Notes: generated by a model not told the origin, from the sequence alone. A stretch of DNA of 60,000 bases from Planctomycetaceae bacterium (GCA_002723275.1 PBNZ01000002.1:1-60000); one strand, 5' to 3'; counted from the stretch's first letter, positions 28,694-39,734 are shown. Translations and numbers: made by a program.

Positions 28694-29710
28694 CTAGGGT
28701 GTTCGAAGAGAGAACTCATATCGAACCGCATCCGAAAGCATCTTCCCGGGTTCACACACCTGCAATTGGGCTGCTCGTTGGTGGCCTGCGTTGTCGAGAT
28801 TGTGCGCATCGGTTGAACAGGTTTGATTCTCCACACAAAAGAACGGCTGAGCGGGAGTGTAAATCACGGCGTGCTTGAAACTGGGACCGCTCTTCAAGGT
28901 GAGCCGACGACCCACGTCACGAAAGTCTACCGAAACGGGTTGCTCTGGCGTCATACCAAAGAAAACGTCGTCCAGTCGTAGCTGCGCTAAAGAGGTCGGT
29001 TTTCTCAGGTCGAACTCCGTTTCAGCCAAGGGAATGAGTCGTCCCGTTGGCAACAACTTCTCAGCCTCCATCCAATGCGTTGCCGGCACTTTCAAGAAGG
29101 TTTCCACACGTTCTCCCTGATAGAGAAAGTAAGGGTGCAACGCAAATCCAAAGGGAACCGCTTCTTGACCATGGGTGTTGTCGACACCATAGGTCCATTC
29201 CACTGCCCTGTCGGTTACCAAGATTCGCAACCGTAGCCGATGTGGTAACGGAAAATCCTGGTACCCGGGCATGTCGGCATTGAATTTTAGTTCGGCCTCA
29301 ATCCATGCACCCCGGTCATCGGTCCCGTGATCAGTAACTCGCCACGGAACGCTATGAACTAAGCCATGAATAAAGTTTCCCGAGTTGTTTTTAGGAAAGT
29401 TGAATTCACGATTTCGAAAAACGAACTTCGCACCCCGAACTCGATTCGGAGTTGGGTAAAGAATCGGCGTGCCGTACCCTACTCCTCTCAAGCGTCGCAT
29501 GTCATCCGGTACTCGCAGGAATTCAACGCCATCCACTTTGATGGAATACAGGTTACAGCCTGCGTCCGGGGCGAGTCGTGCCACCGTTTTACCATGACTC
29601 AAGATGTAGATGGGCCAATCGGTTTCGGCATCGTGTTGAACTTGAATTTCACCGGCGGGTAATCGTGCCATTTCCAAAAGCACGATCATTACCCCAAGCC
29701 AAACGCGCAT
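28694..29710 (-). CDS. aldose 1-epimerase family protein (galactose mutarotase-like), secreted
   Basis: The internal ATG at 29710 follows GGAG and gives MRVWLGVMIVLLEMARLPAG, a signal-peptide-like start. The domain shows mutarotase-like features (FALHPYF). Confidence 0.7.
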   Translation of the reverse strand: MRVWLGVMIVLLEMARLPAGEIQVQHDAETDWPIYILSHGKTVARLAPDAGCNLYSIKVDGVEFLRVPDDMRRLRGVGYGTPILYPTPNRVRGAKFVFRNREFNFPKNNSGNFIHGLVHSVPWRVTDHGTDDRGAWIEAELKFNADMPGYQDFPLPHRLRLRILVTDRAVEWTYGVDNTHGQEAVPFGFALHPYFLYQGERVETFLKVPATHWMEAEKLLPTGRLIPLAETEFDLRKPTSLAQLRLDDVFFGMTPEQPVSVDFRDVGRRLTLKSGPSFKHAVIYTPAQPFFCVENQTCSTDAHNLDNAGHQRAAQLQVCEPGKMLSDAVRYEFSLRTP

Positions 29711-29741
29711 AGCACATCTCCGCAACGTCGATCCTGAATCA

Positions 29742-31100
29742 TTAATTTGGTTTGGCAGGTCGCTGCCAAGGCACCGCACCACCGCGCTGAATGTGGGCTC
29801 TCAGCCGAGCCGACAGTTGACGAAACTTGTCGCGTTCCGAAGCTGCCAGGTTATTTGTTTCCAGCGGATCAGACTCTAAGTTAAAGAGTTCAAGTGGTTC
29901 GAACGGGCTGTTTTGCAATAATTTCCACGGGCCACGACGCAGAGCCTGGATCGTCAACCCACCAAAGCGATCTCCTCCTTCTCGACGATGGAAAAACAGA
30001 TCACGATCGTCCGTCATTTGTGGTTTTCCCTGTAGCGTTGGCAACAAGGAGATTCCATCCACATCGGGACTAACTTCGATGCCCGCAATTTCACAGAGAG
30101 TTGGCAAAAGATCCATCGTCACGCCAATATTTGGCGTACGAGACGAGGCGGCAATCTTACCGGGCCAGACGAAACATGCGGGCACCTTCAATCCGCCCTC
30201 ATACATGCTTTGTTTGCCATCTCGAAGATCACCATTATTCGCTCGTACATTCAACTGACCTCCATTGTCCGAAGTGAAGATGACAAGCGTGTTATCGGCC
30301 AAACCGCAATCCGCCAGACAATCGATAACCTGGCCGATCCCGGCGTCCATGTGTTCGATCAGGGCAACCAGTTTTGCCCGCTGAGGATCGATCGCCGGAT
30401 CTCGATCTCGCACTCGTTTTAGCCAATCCTTAGGCGGCTGAATCGGAGTATGCGGCGCGTTGTAGGCCAGGTAGAGACAGAACGGGTCGGCCTTTCCCTG
30501 ACGGCTTTTCAAGTAATCACAGGCCCAATCGCTGAATAAATCCGTCGCATGTCCAGGGGGATCGATTTCATCGTTGTTGAGACGCATGTAATTGATCCCA
30601 TGGCGACGGTGGTTGTAGTAGTCGTCCATCATGTCGCCGAGGTAGCCGTGAAAGTGGTCGAAGCCTCGGTCATTCGGTCGATTCGGTGACTCAAGTCCAA
30701 GATGCCACTTGCCAACGATAGCGGAATGATACCCGGCTTCTTTCAACAACTCAGGCAATAAGACCGCCTCCTCGCTTAGGTAACCCCAATTGTTATGCGC
30801 GTGGGTTCGAACCACTCCTGGAACACCCACCAGCTCTGGGTAGCATCCGGTTAGCAACGAGGCTCGCGTCGGCGAACAGACAGGACAGTTCGCATAGAAG
30901 TTATCGAATCGCAAACCTCGAGAAACGAGCGCATCGATGGATGGTGATTGAAGGTCGTTCGCGCCATAAGAGCTGAGGTCTCCGTAGCCCAAGTCATCGA
31001 CCAAAATAATCAGGAAGTTGGGCCGTGAACCGGCTTCCGTCGCATTTACCCGGTCGACCATGATCAGGGGGAGACAAAGGAGCAGAATTGAGCTTCTCAT
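29742..31100 (-). CDS. arylsulfatase (formylglycine-dependent sulfatase family), secreted
   Basis: Sulfatase signature CPVCSPTRASLLTG (C-x-P-x-R). Motifs NFLIILVDDLGYGD and GKWHLG are present. The ATG at 31100 gives a signal-like MRSSILLLCLPLIMVDRVNA. An alternative start lies at 31130. Confidence 0.85.
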   Translation of the reverse strand: MRSSILLLCLPLIMVDRVNATEAGSRPNFLIILVDDLGYGDLSSYGANDLQSPSIDALVSRGLRFDNFYANCPVCSPTRASLLTGCYPELVGVPGVVRTHAHNNWGYLSEEAVLLPELLKEAGYHSAIVGKWHLGLESPNRPNDRGFDHFHGYLGDMMDDYYNHRRHGINYMRLNNDEIDPPGHATDLFSDWACDYLKSRQGKADPFCLYLAYNAPHTPIQPPKDWLKRVRDRDPAIDPQRAKLVALIEHMDAGIGQVIDCLADCGLADNTLVIFTSDNGGQLNVRANNGDLRDGKQSMYEGGLKVPACFVWPGKIAASSRTPNIGVTMDLLPTLCEIAGIEVSPDVDGISLLPTLQGKPQMTDDRDLFFHRREGGDRFGGLTIQALRRGPWKLLQNSPFEPLELFNLESDPLETNNLAASERDKFRQLSARLRAHIQRGGAVPWQRPAKPN

Positions 31101-31321
31101 CCCGGTCAACTTGACGAATTCCGGCAAACAGTTCATGGTTCGTTGAATCCTTGGCTGGGTCGAATATGGCGAATTCAGATTGATTCTCGCATCACGCCGA
31201 TTGTACTGGCTGCAAAATCTCGACACAATTTTAGCGTCTACGATTCAATGTATTCGATTTATTCTCCATTCCAACAAAGCAAGCTGCCGATTTCGTTATT
31301 TCGCTCCATTCGAGGTAGATC

Positions 31322-32140
31322 ATGTCTCTAAACAAGAAAACTTTGTTCATCACTGGTGCGAGCCGAGGAATCGGCAAGGCGATTGCGCTCCGAGCAGCCA
31401 AAGATGGTGCCAACGTCGTCGTCGCTGCAAAAACGGACCAGCCCCATCCGCGTTTGCCAGGAACTGTCCATAGTGCGATCGAGGATATCGAAGCTGCAGG
31501 CGGCCAAGGGCTGGGCTGCATCGTCGACATTCGCTTTGAAGAGCAAGTCGAAGACGCGGTTCAGCAAGCCGCAGAGAAGTTTGGGGGCATCGACATTCTT
31601 GTGAACAATGCGAGCGCCATCTTTTTGGCGGGTACGCAAGAAACCCCGATGAAACGCTACGACTTGATGCATCAGGTCAATATCCGGGGTACGTATCTTT
31701 GTTCCCAGAAATGTCTGCCACACTTGCTCCAGGCCGACAATCCGCACGTGCTCAACATTTCGCCCCCACTCAACATGAATCCTCAATGGTTCGCTGGGCA
31801 CGTTGCCTACACGATGGCAAAGTACGGCATGAGTGAATGCGTCTTAGGCATGGCGGAAGAATTTCGACAGTCGGGTGTTGCCTTCAACGCGCTTTGGCCC
31901 AAGACGGCCATTGCCACGGCTGCGGTCGAAAATCTTCTGGGAGGGCCTGAAGCGGTCAAGTGCTGCCGTAAACCAGAAATCATGGCCGATGCCGCTTATT
32001 GGATCCTGACGCAGGAAAGTCGATCCTGCACAGGCAACTTCTTTGTCGATGAAGATGTCCTGAAAAATGCAGGAGTCACCGACCTCGACGTCTACGCCGT
32101 CGATCCCACGAAGAGCTTAATGCCCGACTTCTTCGTATAA
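31322..32140 (+). CDS. SDR family oxidoreductase
   Basis: TGASRGIGKAIA Rossmann motif and NNAS. The catalytic YxxxK region is present. 272 aa. Confidence 0.85.
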   Translation: MSLNKKTLFITGASRGIGKAIALRAAKDGANVVVAAKTDQPHPRLPGTVHSAIEDIEAAGGQGLGCIVDIRFEEQVEDAVQQAAEKFGGIDILVNNASAIFLAGTQETPMKRYDLMHQVNIRGTYLCSQKCLPHLLQADNPHVLNISPPLNMNPQWFAGHVAYTMAKYGMSECVLGMAEEFRQSGVAFNALWPKTAIATAAVENLLGGPEAVKCCRKPEIMADAAYWILTQESRSCTGNFFVDEDVLKNAGVTDLDVYAVDPTKSLMPDFFV

Positions 32141-32285
32141 GCTTGAGAGGTGACCCGTTGCGGACCAGGGACCTTGAGCTTCCGAAGGAGTCTCATCACT
32201 CGGATGCTCTGGAAGACTCCATCGATGCCTCATCGCGATCGATAGCCAGTCGAGTTCATGAACCCTTCCGAATCAGCACAGGCGA

Positions 32286-33386
32286 TCAGCGATTCGAAGA
32301 ATAGATCGCCGGTGCATCGGATATCGAAGATGTTGCCACAACGTCGCTGGCAAGATCGCTTGAGGATCGCGATGACAAACCGTTCTCAAGTTCGCTCACA
32401 CCCATGTTGCTGGCCGTAATCTCGGCATTGGTATGCGCTGAACGATCGCATGCCTGACCTGTCACACGGTCCACGAGATAGTGTGGACGCAGTTTCACCT
32501 GTTCATAGATTCGTCCGATGTATTCACCAATGATCCCCAAGGACAACAATTGAACTCCCGCGAAGAAAACCATCGCGAGAACGAGCGAGGTAAATCCTTG
32601 AGGTGATTCTTGAAGAATCAGTTTGGCATAGACAACATAGGCGGCATACACGGCAGAAGCGAACACGGTCATCACTCCAAAGATCGAAACGAATCGCAGT
32701 GGAACAACCGTGAACGAAAAGAATCCATCCAAGGCAAGCATCACCAGTTTCCGCAGACTGTATTTCGAAGATCCCGCAAATCGCGCATCTCGTTCGACCT
32801 TGACTCCAACCTGTCGATAACCCACCCAACTGCGCAGGCCGCGCCAATAACGATGTCGCTCTGGAGAAGAGCGGATCGCATCAACAACGCGTCGAGACAT
32901 CAAGCCGAAGTCCCCAGCGTTCTGGGGCATGTTGATATCCGAACTGAATGCGATGATCGAATAGAACGCTCGGTAGCAGGACCGGAGCCAGAGGGGTTCT
33001 TTTCGCTTGATGCGTTCGGCGTAAACAACATCATGACCGAGTTGATATTCCAGAACGAATTCGGGAATGGCTTCCGGCGAATCTTGCAGATCACCGTCCA
33101 TCAAGACCACGACATCACCCTGAACGTGATCAAGGGCGGCGCCAAAGGCAGCTTGATGGCCAAAGTTTCGTGACAACTTAACGACGCGAATGCGAGCATC
33201 CCGTTCACCAGCTTCAAGCAAAAGCTGGAAACTTCGGTCCGAACTGCCATCATCGACAAAGACGATTTCATGCGGCCCGCCTGACAACGAATCGAGCACG
33301 GCCACCGTGCGTTCAATCAACGCCGGAATCACTTCTTGTTCGTTATGAATCGGAATCGCAACCGATACACGTGGTGCATCTCTCAT
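32286..33386 (-). CDS. family 2 glycosyltransferase, polyprenyl-phosphate sugar transferase-like (GtrB/ArnC/DPM1-like) with C-terminal TM helices
   Basis: VSVAIPIHNEQEV...VFVDDGSSDRS...VVLMDGDLQDSP is the GT2 DxD architecture. C-terminal hydrophobic helices are present. The ORF-track GTG start at 33509 would add ~40 unconserved aa. The ATG at 33386 fits the family N-terminus. Confidence 0.8.
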   Translation of the reverse strand: MRDAPRVSVAIPIHNEQEVIPALIERTVAVLDSLSGGPHEIVFVDDGSSDRSFQLLLEAGERDARIRVVKLSRNFGHQAAFGAALDHVQGDVVVLMDGDLQDSPEAIPEFVLEYQLGHDVVYAERIKRKEPLWLRSCYRAFYSIIAFSSDINMPQNAGDFGLMSRRVVDAIRSSPERHRYWRGLRSWVGYRQVGVKVERDARFAGSSKYSLRKLVMLALDGFFSFTVVPLRFVSIFGVMTVFASAVYAAYVVYAKLILQESPQGFTSLVLAMVFFAGVQLLSLGIIGEYIGRIYEQVKLRPHYLVDRVTGQACDRSAHTNAEITASNMGVSELENGLSSRSSSDLASDVVATSSISDAPAIYSSNR

Positions 33387-33807
33387 CGCTCGAGCCTTTT
33401 CAATGGTCCAGACGCCGCTCATTAGATCTGATCTCCAAACCGTCCTGCCCCACGCAACAAATTGCCAACAGGAAGATGAGGCATCGCATTTGTTCCCCTG
33501 TTTATCCACAACGTTGGAGAGACGCCTGTTGGGATCACCTCAGATCATCTGGCGTGGTCGTGAGCCTTGCCCTGACATTTCCACGGAAACACATTTCAAA
33601 CATAGCATTCAGGCTGAAAACCATCGGTTTTTCTCGAACTGTATGACACTCAGCAGCCATTTTCGATGAGATCCGAAGCGGCCTTCATACCGTTGCTGGC
33701 GACCGATCGTTGCTCTAAACTGCTGAGCGGTCAGGCAAATCGATAGCGCATATCGCCTTGGCTTGAGTCGTTCAAAAGATTGCCGTCGTCTGCAAGGAGT
33801 TGTCTCA

Positions 33808-34800
33808 ATGAAGGCCGCTTATATCGAACAAACCGGTCCACCGGAAAACATCATTTATGGCGATTTACCACAGCCCGAGCCAGCAGGGCGCCAGGTGTTA
33901 GTCCGCATGAAGGCAGTGGCCGTTAATCCGATCGATACCTATCTTCGCAACGGCGCGAACTACTGGGAGATGCCGATGCCATTCATTATCGGCTGTGATT
34001 TAGCCGGTGAGGTGGTGGAATGTGGCTCGGAGGTCACGCGATTCAAGAAAGGTGATCGAGTCTGGGGCAGCAACCAAGGGCTCTTGGGACGACAAGGAAC
34101 GTTCGCCGAATACTGCGCGATCGATGAAGACTGGCTCTATCCAACGCCAGATAGGGCGACTGATGAAACGGCGGCTGCTTGTGCTCTGGTGGGCATCACA
34201 TCCCACCTGGGACTTTTCGGCCGAGCTCAACTTCAGGCGGGCGAAACCGTGTTCGTGCAAGGTGGATCAGGTGGCGTCGGATCCATGGTTTTGCAAATGG
34301 CCAAAGCCGCGGGTGCTCGCGTTGTCACGACAGTCGGGAATGATGAAAAGGCGAAGCTCTGTCGTGATTTGGGTGCCGATCACGTGATTAACTATCGCAC
34401 CGAAGACGTTGTGAAGGAGGTCGAAGCCTTTTCGGCTTCGGGTATCGACGTCGTCTGGGAAACGGTTCGCGAACCAAATTTCGATACGCTCACTGCGATT
34501 CTTGCCGAACGAGGTCGATTAGTGTTAATGGCCGGCCGCGATGCTCGGCCTGAATTCCCCGTGGGTCCCTTCTATGTGAAAGGATGTTCGCTGCACGGTT
34601 TCGTGATGTTCAAAGCGTCTGCAGATGAACAACGGGAGTGTGCGACACAAATCAATGAATGGCTTAATGCAGAGTCACTCCAGCCGAGAATCAGCCATCG
34701 TTTTGGATTGTGCGACGCCGCCGCGGCTCACAAACTTCAAGAAGACAACACACTTCACCAGGCAGGGACGCTCTCAGGAAAGATCATCCTAAAGCCCTGA
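33808..34800 (+). CDS. zinc-binding dehydrogenase / quinone oxidoreductase (MDR family)
   Basis: The ATG at 33808 follows AAGGAG. MKAAYIEQTGPPENI...; the second Rossmann GGSGGVGSMVLQMAKAAGARVV is MDR-like. Confidence 0.85.
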   Translation: MKAAYIEQTGPPENIIYGDLPQPEPAGRQVLVRMKAVAVNPIDTYLRNGANYWEMPMPFIIGCDLAGEVVECGSEVTRFKKGDRVWGSNQGLLGRQGTFAEYCAIDEDWLYPTPDRATDETAAACALVGITSHLGLFGRAQLQAGETVFVQGGSGGVGSMVLQMAKAAGARVVTTVGNDEKAKLCRDLGADHVINYRTEDVVKEVEAFSASGIDVVWETVREPNFDTLTAILAERGRLVLMAGRDARPEFPVGPFYVKGCSLHGFVMFKASADEQRECATQINEWLNAESLQPRISHRFGLCDAAAAHKLQEDNTLHQAGTLSGKIILKP

Positions 34801-34816
34801 TCACTTACAACCCTGA

Positions 34817-35608
34817 TCAGTCTGTCGCGCGCCGAGCAACAACAACCCACCCGCGTGCTCGCAGGGAGGGTAAACAACGCGGATATTTCAAGTGACCGTC
34901 TCCTGCTGATCCCACCGCCGTCCAATGCTCTAACCGAAAGCCGCTCGAGGTAAGCAAATTCGCGAGCTCTGACCGCGTGAAAGAGTGCAGCAGAAAGTTA
35001 CGGATACCGCGATAATCGTACAGCCGATCTCCGCGACCTCGGTTCCCCCCTCCCCGAGAGAAGATCAGATTCTTCACGAGCCACTTGGGTCCATGAGGAT
35101 CCCAGAGATTGAACCAGAGATTATGTGCATGAACGACAAGGCAACCGCCTGGTCGAAGCAATCGATACACGTGTCGCAAAAATTGTTGCCGACAGTGACT
35201 GCCCTCGATCATGCCAAGCGTACTGAACAGGCAGATCGCGTCGTCAACAGACTCATCCGCCAGACACGACAGATCGACAAGATTGGCCTTGATGCACTCG
35301 ATGGGAAGTCGATCTTTGACAATTTTTCCGCGCAACACATTTAACATCGACTCGGACAGATCGACCCCGATGCCGTGACGACCATCACCTACGAGTGGAA
35401 CCAGCGCACGTCCCGTTCCACATCCCAAATCGATGATGGTACGCTTGAGTCCGATAAACTGCCGGGCGATTTGCAAATCGAGTTCCAACAGTTGATGCCC
35501 TGAGAAATAGTCGTCGTAGTCCGTCGCAATGTGATTGGCCTGCGTGTAGTCCCAGACGCCCTGCGAGACACCCGTCGGCATTTGCCAATCAGCTTGCTTG
35601 GACGACAT
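34817..35608 (-). CDS. class I SAM-dependent methyltransferase
   Basis: Motif I IIDLGCGTGRAL. 263 aa. Confidence 0.8.
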   Translation of the reverse strand: MSSKQADWQMPTGVSQGVWDYTQANHIATDYDDYFSGHQLLELDLQIARQFIGLKRTIIDLGCGTGRALVPLVGDGRHGIGVDLSESMLNVLRGKIVKDRLPIECIKANLVDLSCLADESVDDAICLFSTLGMIEGSHCRQQFLRHVYRLLRPGGCLVVHAHNLWFNLWDPHGPKWLVKNLIFSRGGGNRGRGDRLYDYRGIRNFLLHSFTRSELANLLTSSGFRLEHWTAVGSAGDGHLKYPRCLPSLRARGWVVVARRATD

Positions 35609-35647
35609 GATAATCCTGGCGAAAGGTCAACCCATCGTGGGGCTGGA

Positions 35648-38494
35648 TTAGAGTATTTCGCGGAGCGCCTGCCCCGTCGAACTTTCGGCAATTTCCGCAA
35701 CTTGCTCGGGCGTTCCGCTGGCAATCACCTCACCTCCAGCGTCACCTCCCTCGGGCCCCATGTCGATCATCCAGTCGGACGATTTAATGACATCCAGATT
35801 GTGTTCAATCACAACCACTGTGTTGCCTTTATCCACGAGTCGATTGAGAACGCCGAGCAAACGTTGAATGTCGACGAAATGCAATCCCGTTGTCGGCTCA
35901 TCCAGTAGGTAAAGTGTTTTCCCAGTATCGACTCGAGCCAATTCGGTGGCCAACTTAATACGTTGAGCTTCTCCACCGGAGAGCGTTGTCGAAGGCTGAC
36001 CCAAGGGTAAATAGCCTAAGCCAACATCCTTCAAGGTCTGTAAAAGCCGCGATGTCGTGACGAAATTTTGAAAGAAGTCAACGGCATCGTCGACTCTCAT
36101 GTCGAGCACATCGGCGATTGACTTGCCTCGATATTGAACACGAAGCGTTTGTCGATTGAACCGAGCTCCGTGACATTCGTCACAGGTCACATAGAGATCC
36201 GGCAGGAAGTTCATTTCGATCTTTTGAACACCTTGCCCCTGACACGCCTCACACCGCCCCCCCTTCACATTGAAGCTAAAGCGTCCAACTCCAAAACCTC
36301 GCTGCTTAGCTTCGCGCGTGCCGGCAAAAATCTTGCGAATCTCATCAAATACACCGGTATAGGTTGCGGGATTACTACGGGGAGTCCTTCCGATCGGCGA
36401 TTGATCAATCGGGACAACCTTGTCGATCTGACTGGCGCCACGCAGGCTCTTGTGATGTCCCGGCTTGGGAGCCATGCCACCCAATCGCCTGACCAGTGCA
36501 GGTGCAAAAGTCTCGTTGATCAAAGAACTTTTCCCCGAGCCACTCACACCGGTAATACAGACGAGAACTCCGAGAGGAATTCGCACACTGACATCTTTCA
36601 GGTTGTTGATTCGGGCACCTTCAAGATTGAGTGAGCGGCTTTTGGCGGTACGTCTTCGCTTTTCTGGCACGGGGATCGTTTTGTCGCCGGCGAGATAGAC
36701 ACCGGTTGTCGACTCTGAATCCTGACTGATCTCTTCCGGCGTCCCTTGTGCAACCAGGAACCCACCTTGATCACCGGCCCCGGGCCCCATATCGATCAAC
36801 TGATCCGCCTGTCGCATCATTGCTTCATCATGTTCGACCACCAGAACGGTATTTCCGAGAGACTGCAACTCTCTCAATGCTTCGATGAGTCGTTGATTAT
36901 CGCGATGATGCAAACCAATTGATGGCTCATCCAAAATGTAACAGACACCGACCAATCCAGAGCCGATACTGGTCGCAAGTCGAACACGTTGAAGCTCACC
37001 ACCGCTGAGTGTTTCCGCGGGTCGATCGAGGGTCAAATATCCAACACCAACTTTATCCAAAAACTGCAGGCGATGAACGATTTCATTGACCAACGGCTTG
37101 GCAATATCCGAGTCAGCCTCTGAAAACTCAAGACCGTCAAAGAATTCACGACTTCCCTTGATGGAAAGCGAGACGATTTCATGAATCCCCTTTCCTGACA
37201 GCAATACACTCATAGCCTCCGGACGCAAACGAGCTCCCTTGCACGCCTGACAGGCGACGACACCGCGATACGATTCCAACTGTGCCAATCGTCTCTTGTT
37301 CGTCGTGGTGGAATATTCTTTTTCAAGCAGCATCAACAGTCCGGGGAACTTTTTCCGGTCTCCGGCAATCAGTGCTTGCCGTTGCTTCAGACTCCAATTC
37401 TCCAACGGCTCATCCAAATCAATTCGATGAGCGGAAACGAAGCTATCCAATTGCTTGATGTTTTTGGCGAGAGACTTTGCCGTCAGTGCCTTCCACGGTT
37501 CGATCGCACCATCATTGATCGAACGCTCCGCATTTGGAATCACCAGTTCCGGATCAAACTCTTCAATGATGCCCAAGCCTTCACAAACTGGACACGCTCC
37601 GTAAGGACTGTTGAAACTGAATGTTCTCGGCTCAAGCTCTTCGTAGCTCAGGTTGCAATGAGCACATGCGTATTCGGTGCTAAACAACTCATTCGTCCAG
37701 GGAATCGGTTCGGACGAGGAAGCCTCTTGTTCGGGCGTCAGATAGCAGGCTACGACAAGACCCTCGCCATGGTGAATTGCGAGTCGAATGGACTCGCCAA
37801 CCCGTGCCCTCACACCAGGTCGAATGATCACTCGATCAACAACAGCATCAATGTGATGAACTTTCCGAGACGCTAGTTCAGGCACGTTGTCGAGGTCATA
37901 GACTCCACCATCGACTCGAGCTCTGACCAAGCCCGCTTTACGGATCTTGGCAAAAACTTCCTTGTGTTGTCCTTTCCGTCCTCGCACCATCGGCGCCATG
38001 ATCATGACCTTCGTGCCTTCAGGCATTTGCATGAGCCGGTCTTGGATTTGTTCGGGAGGTTGCTGTTTGATCTCGCGTCCGCAGCGATAACAATGGGGAT
38101 CACCCAGACGAGCCATCAATAGGCGGAGATAATCATAGATCTCTGTAACGGTCGCGACCGTGCTACGCCGATTCATCTGGCCAGCACGTTGATCGATGCA
38201 TATCGTCGGCTGCAGCCCTTCGATCAAATCAACGTCCGGACGCTGCATCTGATCCAAAAACTGCCGAGCGTAAACCGAGAGGCTTTCGACATACTGCCTC
38301 TGTCCCTCAGCATAAAGCGTGTCAAAGGCAAGAGAACTCTTCCCCGAACCGCTGGGCCCCGTAATAACAACAAATTGATTGCGAGGAACGGCGAGGGTAA
38401 GGTTTTTGAGGTTGTGAACTCTGGCACCACGAACCTGGACGTGGCCATTCATGGTGGCGGAATTACCGTTCGTCGAGGGAGCCTTCGGCGCCAT
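35648..38494 (-). CDS. uvrA: excinuclease ABC subunit A
   Basis: 948 aa with tandem ABC ATPase modules (GPSGSGKSSLAFDTLYAEGQRQYVESLS; GVSGSGKSSLINETF) and zinc-finger cysteines. The real start may be the internal ATG at 38452 (MNGHVQVRGARVHNLKNL). Confidence 0.96.
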   Translation of the reverse strand: MAPKAPSTNGNSATMNGHVQVRGARVHNLKNLTLAVPRNQFVVITGPSGSGKSSLAFDTLYAEGQRQYVESLSVYARQFLDQMQRPDVDLIEGLQPTICIDQRAGQMNRRSTVATVTEIYDYLRLLMARLGDPHCYRCGREIKQQPPEQIQDRLMQMPEGTKVMIMAPMVRGRKGQHKEVFAKIRKAGLVRARVDGGVYDLDNVPELASRKVHHIDAVVDRVIIRPGVRARVGESIRLAIHHGEGLVVACYLTPEQEASSSEPIPWTNELFSTEYACAHCNLSYEELEPRTFSFNSPYGACPVCEGLGIIEEFDPELVIPNAERSINDGAIEPWKALTAKSLAKNIKQLDSFVSAHRIDLDEPLENWSLKQRQALIAGDRKKFPGLLMLLEKEYSTTTNKRRLAQLESYRGVVACQACKGARLRPEAMSVLLSGKGIHEIVSLSIKGSREFFDGLEFSEADSDIAKPLVNEIVHRLQFLDKVGVGYLTLDRPAETLSGGELQRVRLATSIGSGLVGVCYILDEPSIGLHHRDNQRLIEALRELQSLGNTVLVVEHDEAMMRQADQLIDMGPGAGDQGGFLVAQGTPEEISQDSESTTGVYLAGDKTIPVPEKRRRTAKSRSLNLEGARINNLKDVSVRIPLGVLVCITGVSGSGKSSLINETFAPALVRRLGGMAPKPGHHKSLRGASQIDKVVPIDQSPIGRTPRSNPATYTGVFDEIRKIFAGTREAKQRGFGVGRFSFNVKGGRCEACQGQGVQKIEMNFLPDLYVTCDECHGARFNRQTLRVQYRGKSIADVLDMRVDDAVDFFQNFVTTSRLLQTLKDVGLGYLPLGQPSTTLSGGEAQRIKLATELARVDTGKTLYLLDEPTTGLHFVDIQRLLGVLNRLVDKGNTVVVIEHNLDVIKSSDWMIDMGPEGGDAGGEVIASGTPEQVAEIAESSTGQALREIL

Positions 38495-38624
38495 AGTTGC
38501 TCTGCCAAAGTGAATGCCTGAAGGTTAAACTTGTTACGGTAACAGAGCATTCGCAGGTGAGCAAGTCAGGACAAGAATCAGTAACAATGACAAAAAAACC
38601 TTGCACCAGGAGAGGCGATTCTAG

Positions 38625-39734
38625 ATGTCGCACTACGGCCAACGAGAACTCGGCCTTTTAGCGCCCTACGCCATGCGAAGCGTCGACTCCGCAGGTCGTG
38701 ACCATCCTGAACCGGAACACGACTATCGTGGTCCTTTTCAGCGTGATCGCGACCGAGTCGTCCATTCAGCGGCTTTCCGACGACTCAATGGCAAGACCCA
38801 GGTCTTCACCGGAAATATGGGTGACTATCATCGAACGCGACTGACCCACACGATGGAGGTCGCGTCCATTGCAAGAACCATCGGGCGCACTTTACGTTTG
38901 AATGAAGATCTCGTCGAAGCCATGGCCTTGCTGCACGATATCGGACATCCGCCTTTCGGTCATGCCGGTGAAGATGTGCTCGACGAATGCCTCGAAGCAG
39001 ACGGTGGATTTTCGCACAATCAATTTGCACTCACCTTGGTTCAAGAACTGGAACGCCCTTATCCAACCTTCCCAGGACTCAACCTTTCACGCGAACTCTT
39101 GAACGCCCAGACGGGCCGTGCTCACAAGGATACCAAGGAACGTCAGGTCTTGCTCGAGGCGCAAGTCGTGGACATCGCCGACAGCATCACTTACGACGCT
39201 CATGACGTCGATGACGCTGTGAAGTTACGATTGTTGACGATCGACGAATTGGCAGAGATCCCACTCATTCGCGAGTGCTTGTTTCGCATCCGTGAACGAT
39301 TCAAGGACATTGAAGGCAAGGCTCTGCGCAGAACCCTCGTCCATGAGTTAATTGATTGCCAGGTCAGCAACGTGTTGGCAACAAGCCAAGCCATCCTTAA
39401 CGCGCGCGACTTTAAAACCGCTCAAGCGGCTTGTGAGGCGGGCATTACGATTAACGTGAGTTCGCCGATGGGCGAGAAAAAACACGAACTAGAATCCTTT
39501 CTCTATCATCGTGTCTATCGGCACGAGCAGGTGATCGTCGGTCGCCGCAGTGCTCAACAACGCTTACTTGCCATGTTTGACGCTCTCGTTGAGAGTCCAG
39601 ATCAACTCCCGAAAAAATATCGTGATCGAATCAACACGGTCGGGACTCGCCGTAGTGTTGCCGACTATCTCGCTTCGATGACCGACCAGTATTGCCTCAA
39701 TCAACACCAAGAGCATGTCTCGGATCGCGGTTAG
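38625..39734 (+). CDS. dgt: dGTPase-like HD-domain triphosphohydrolase
   Basis: Preceded by CAGGAGAGG. HD motif region (RTRLTHTMEVASIARTIG...LLHDIGHPPFGHAGE) is typical of the dGTP triphosphohydrolase family. Confidence 0.85.
   Translation: MSHYGQRELGLLAPYAMRSVDSAGRDHPEPEHDYRGPFQRDRDRVVHSAAFRRLNGKTQVFTGNMGDYHRTRLTHTMEVASIARTIGRTLRLNEDLVEAMALLHDIGHPPFGHAGEDVLDECLEADGGFSHNQFALTLVQELERPYPTFPGLNLSRELLNAQTGRAHKDTKERQVLLEAQVVDIADSITYDAHDVDDAVKLRLLTIDELAEIPLIRECLFRIRERFKDIEGKALRRTLVHELIDCQVSNVLATSQAILNARDFKTAQAACEAGITINVSSPMGEKKHELESFLYHRVYRHEQVIVGRRSAQQRLLAMFDALVESPDQLPKKYRDRINTVGTRRSVADYLASMTDQYCLNQHQEHVSDRG

Noticed and set aside
32141-32285. Inverted repeat GGAGTCT-N20-AGACTCC between convergent SDR and GT2 genes as a bidirectional terminator
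   Set aside because: Long asymmetric loop and no flanking T/A runs. Weak evidence only.
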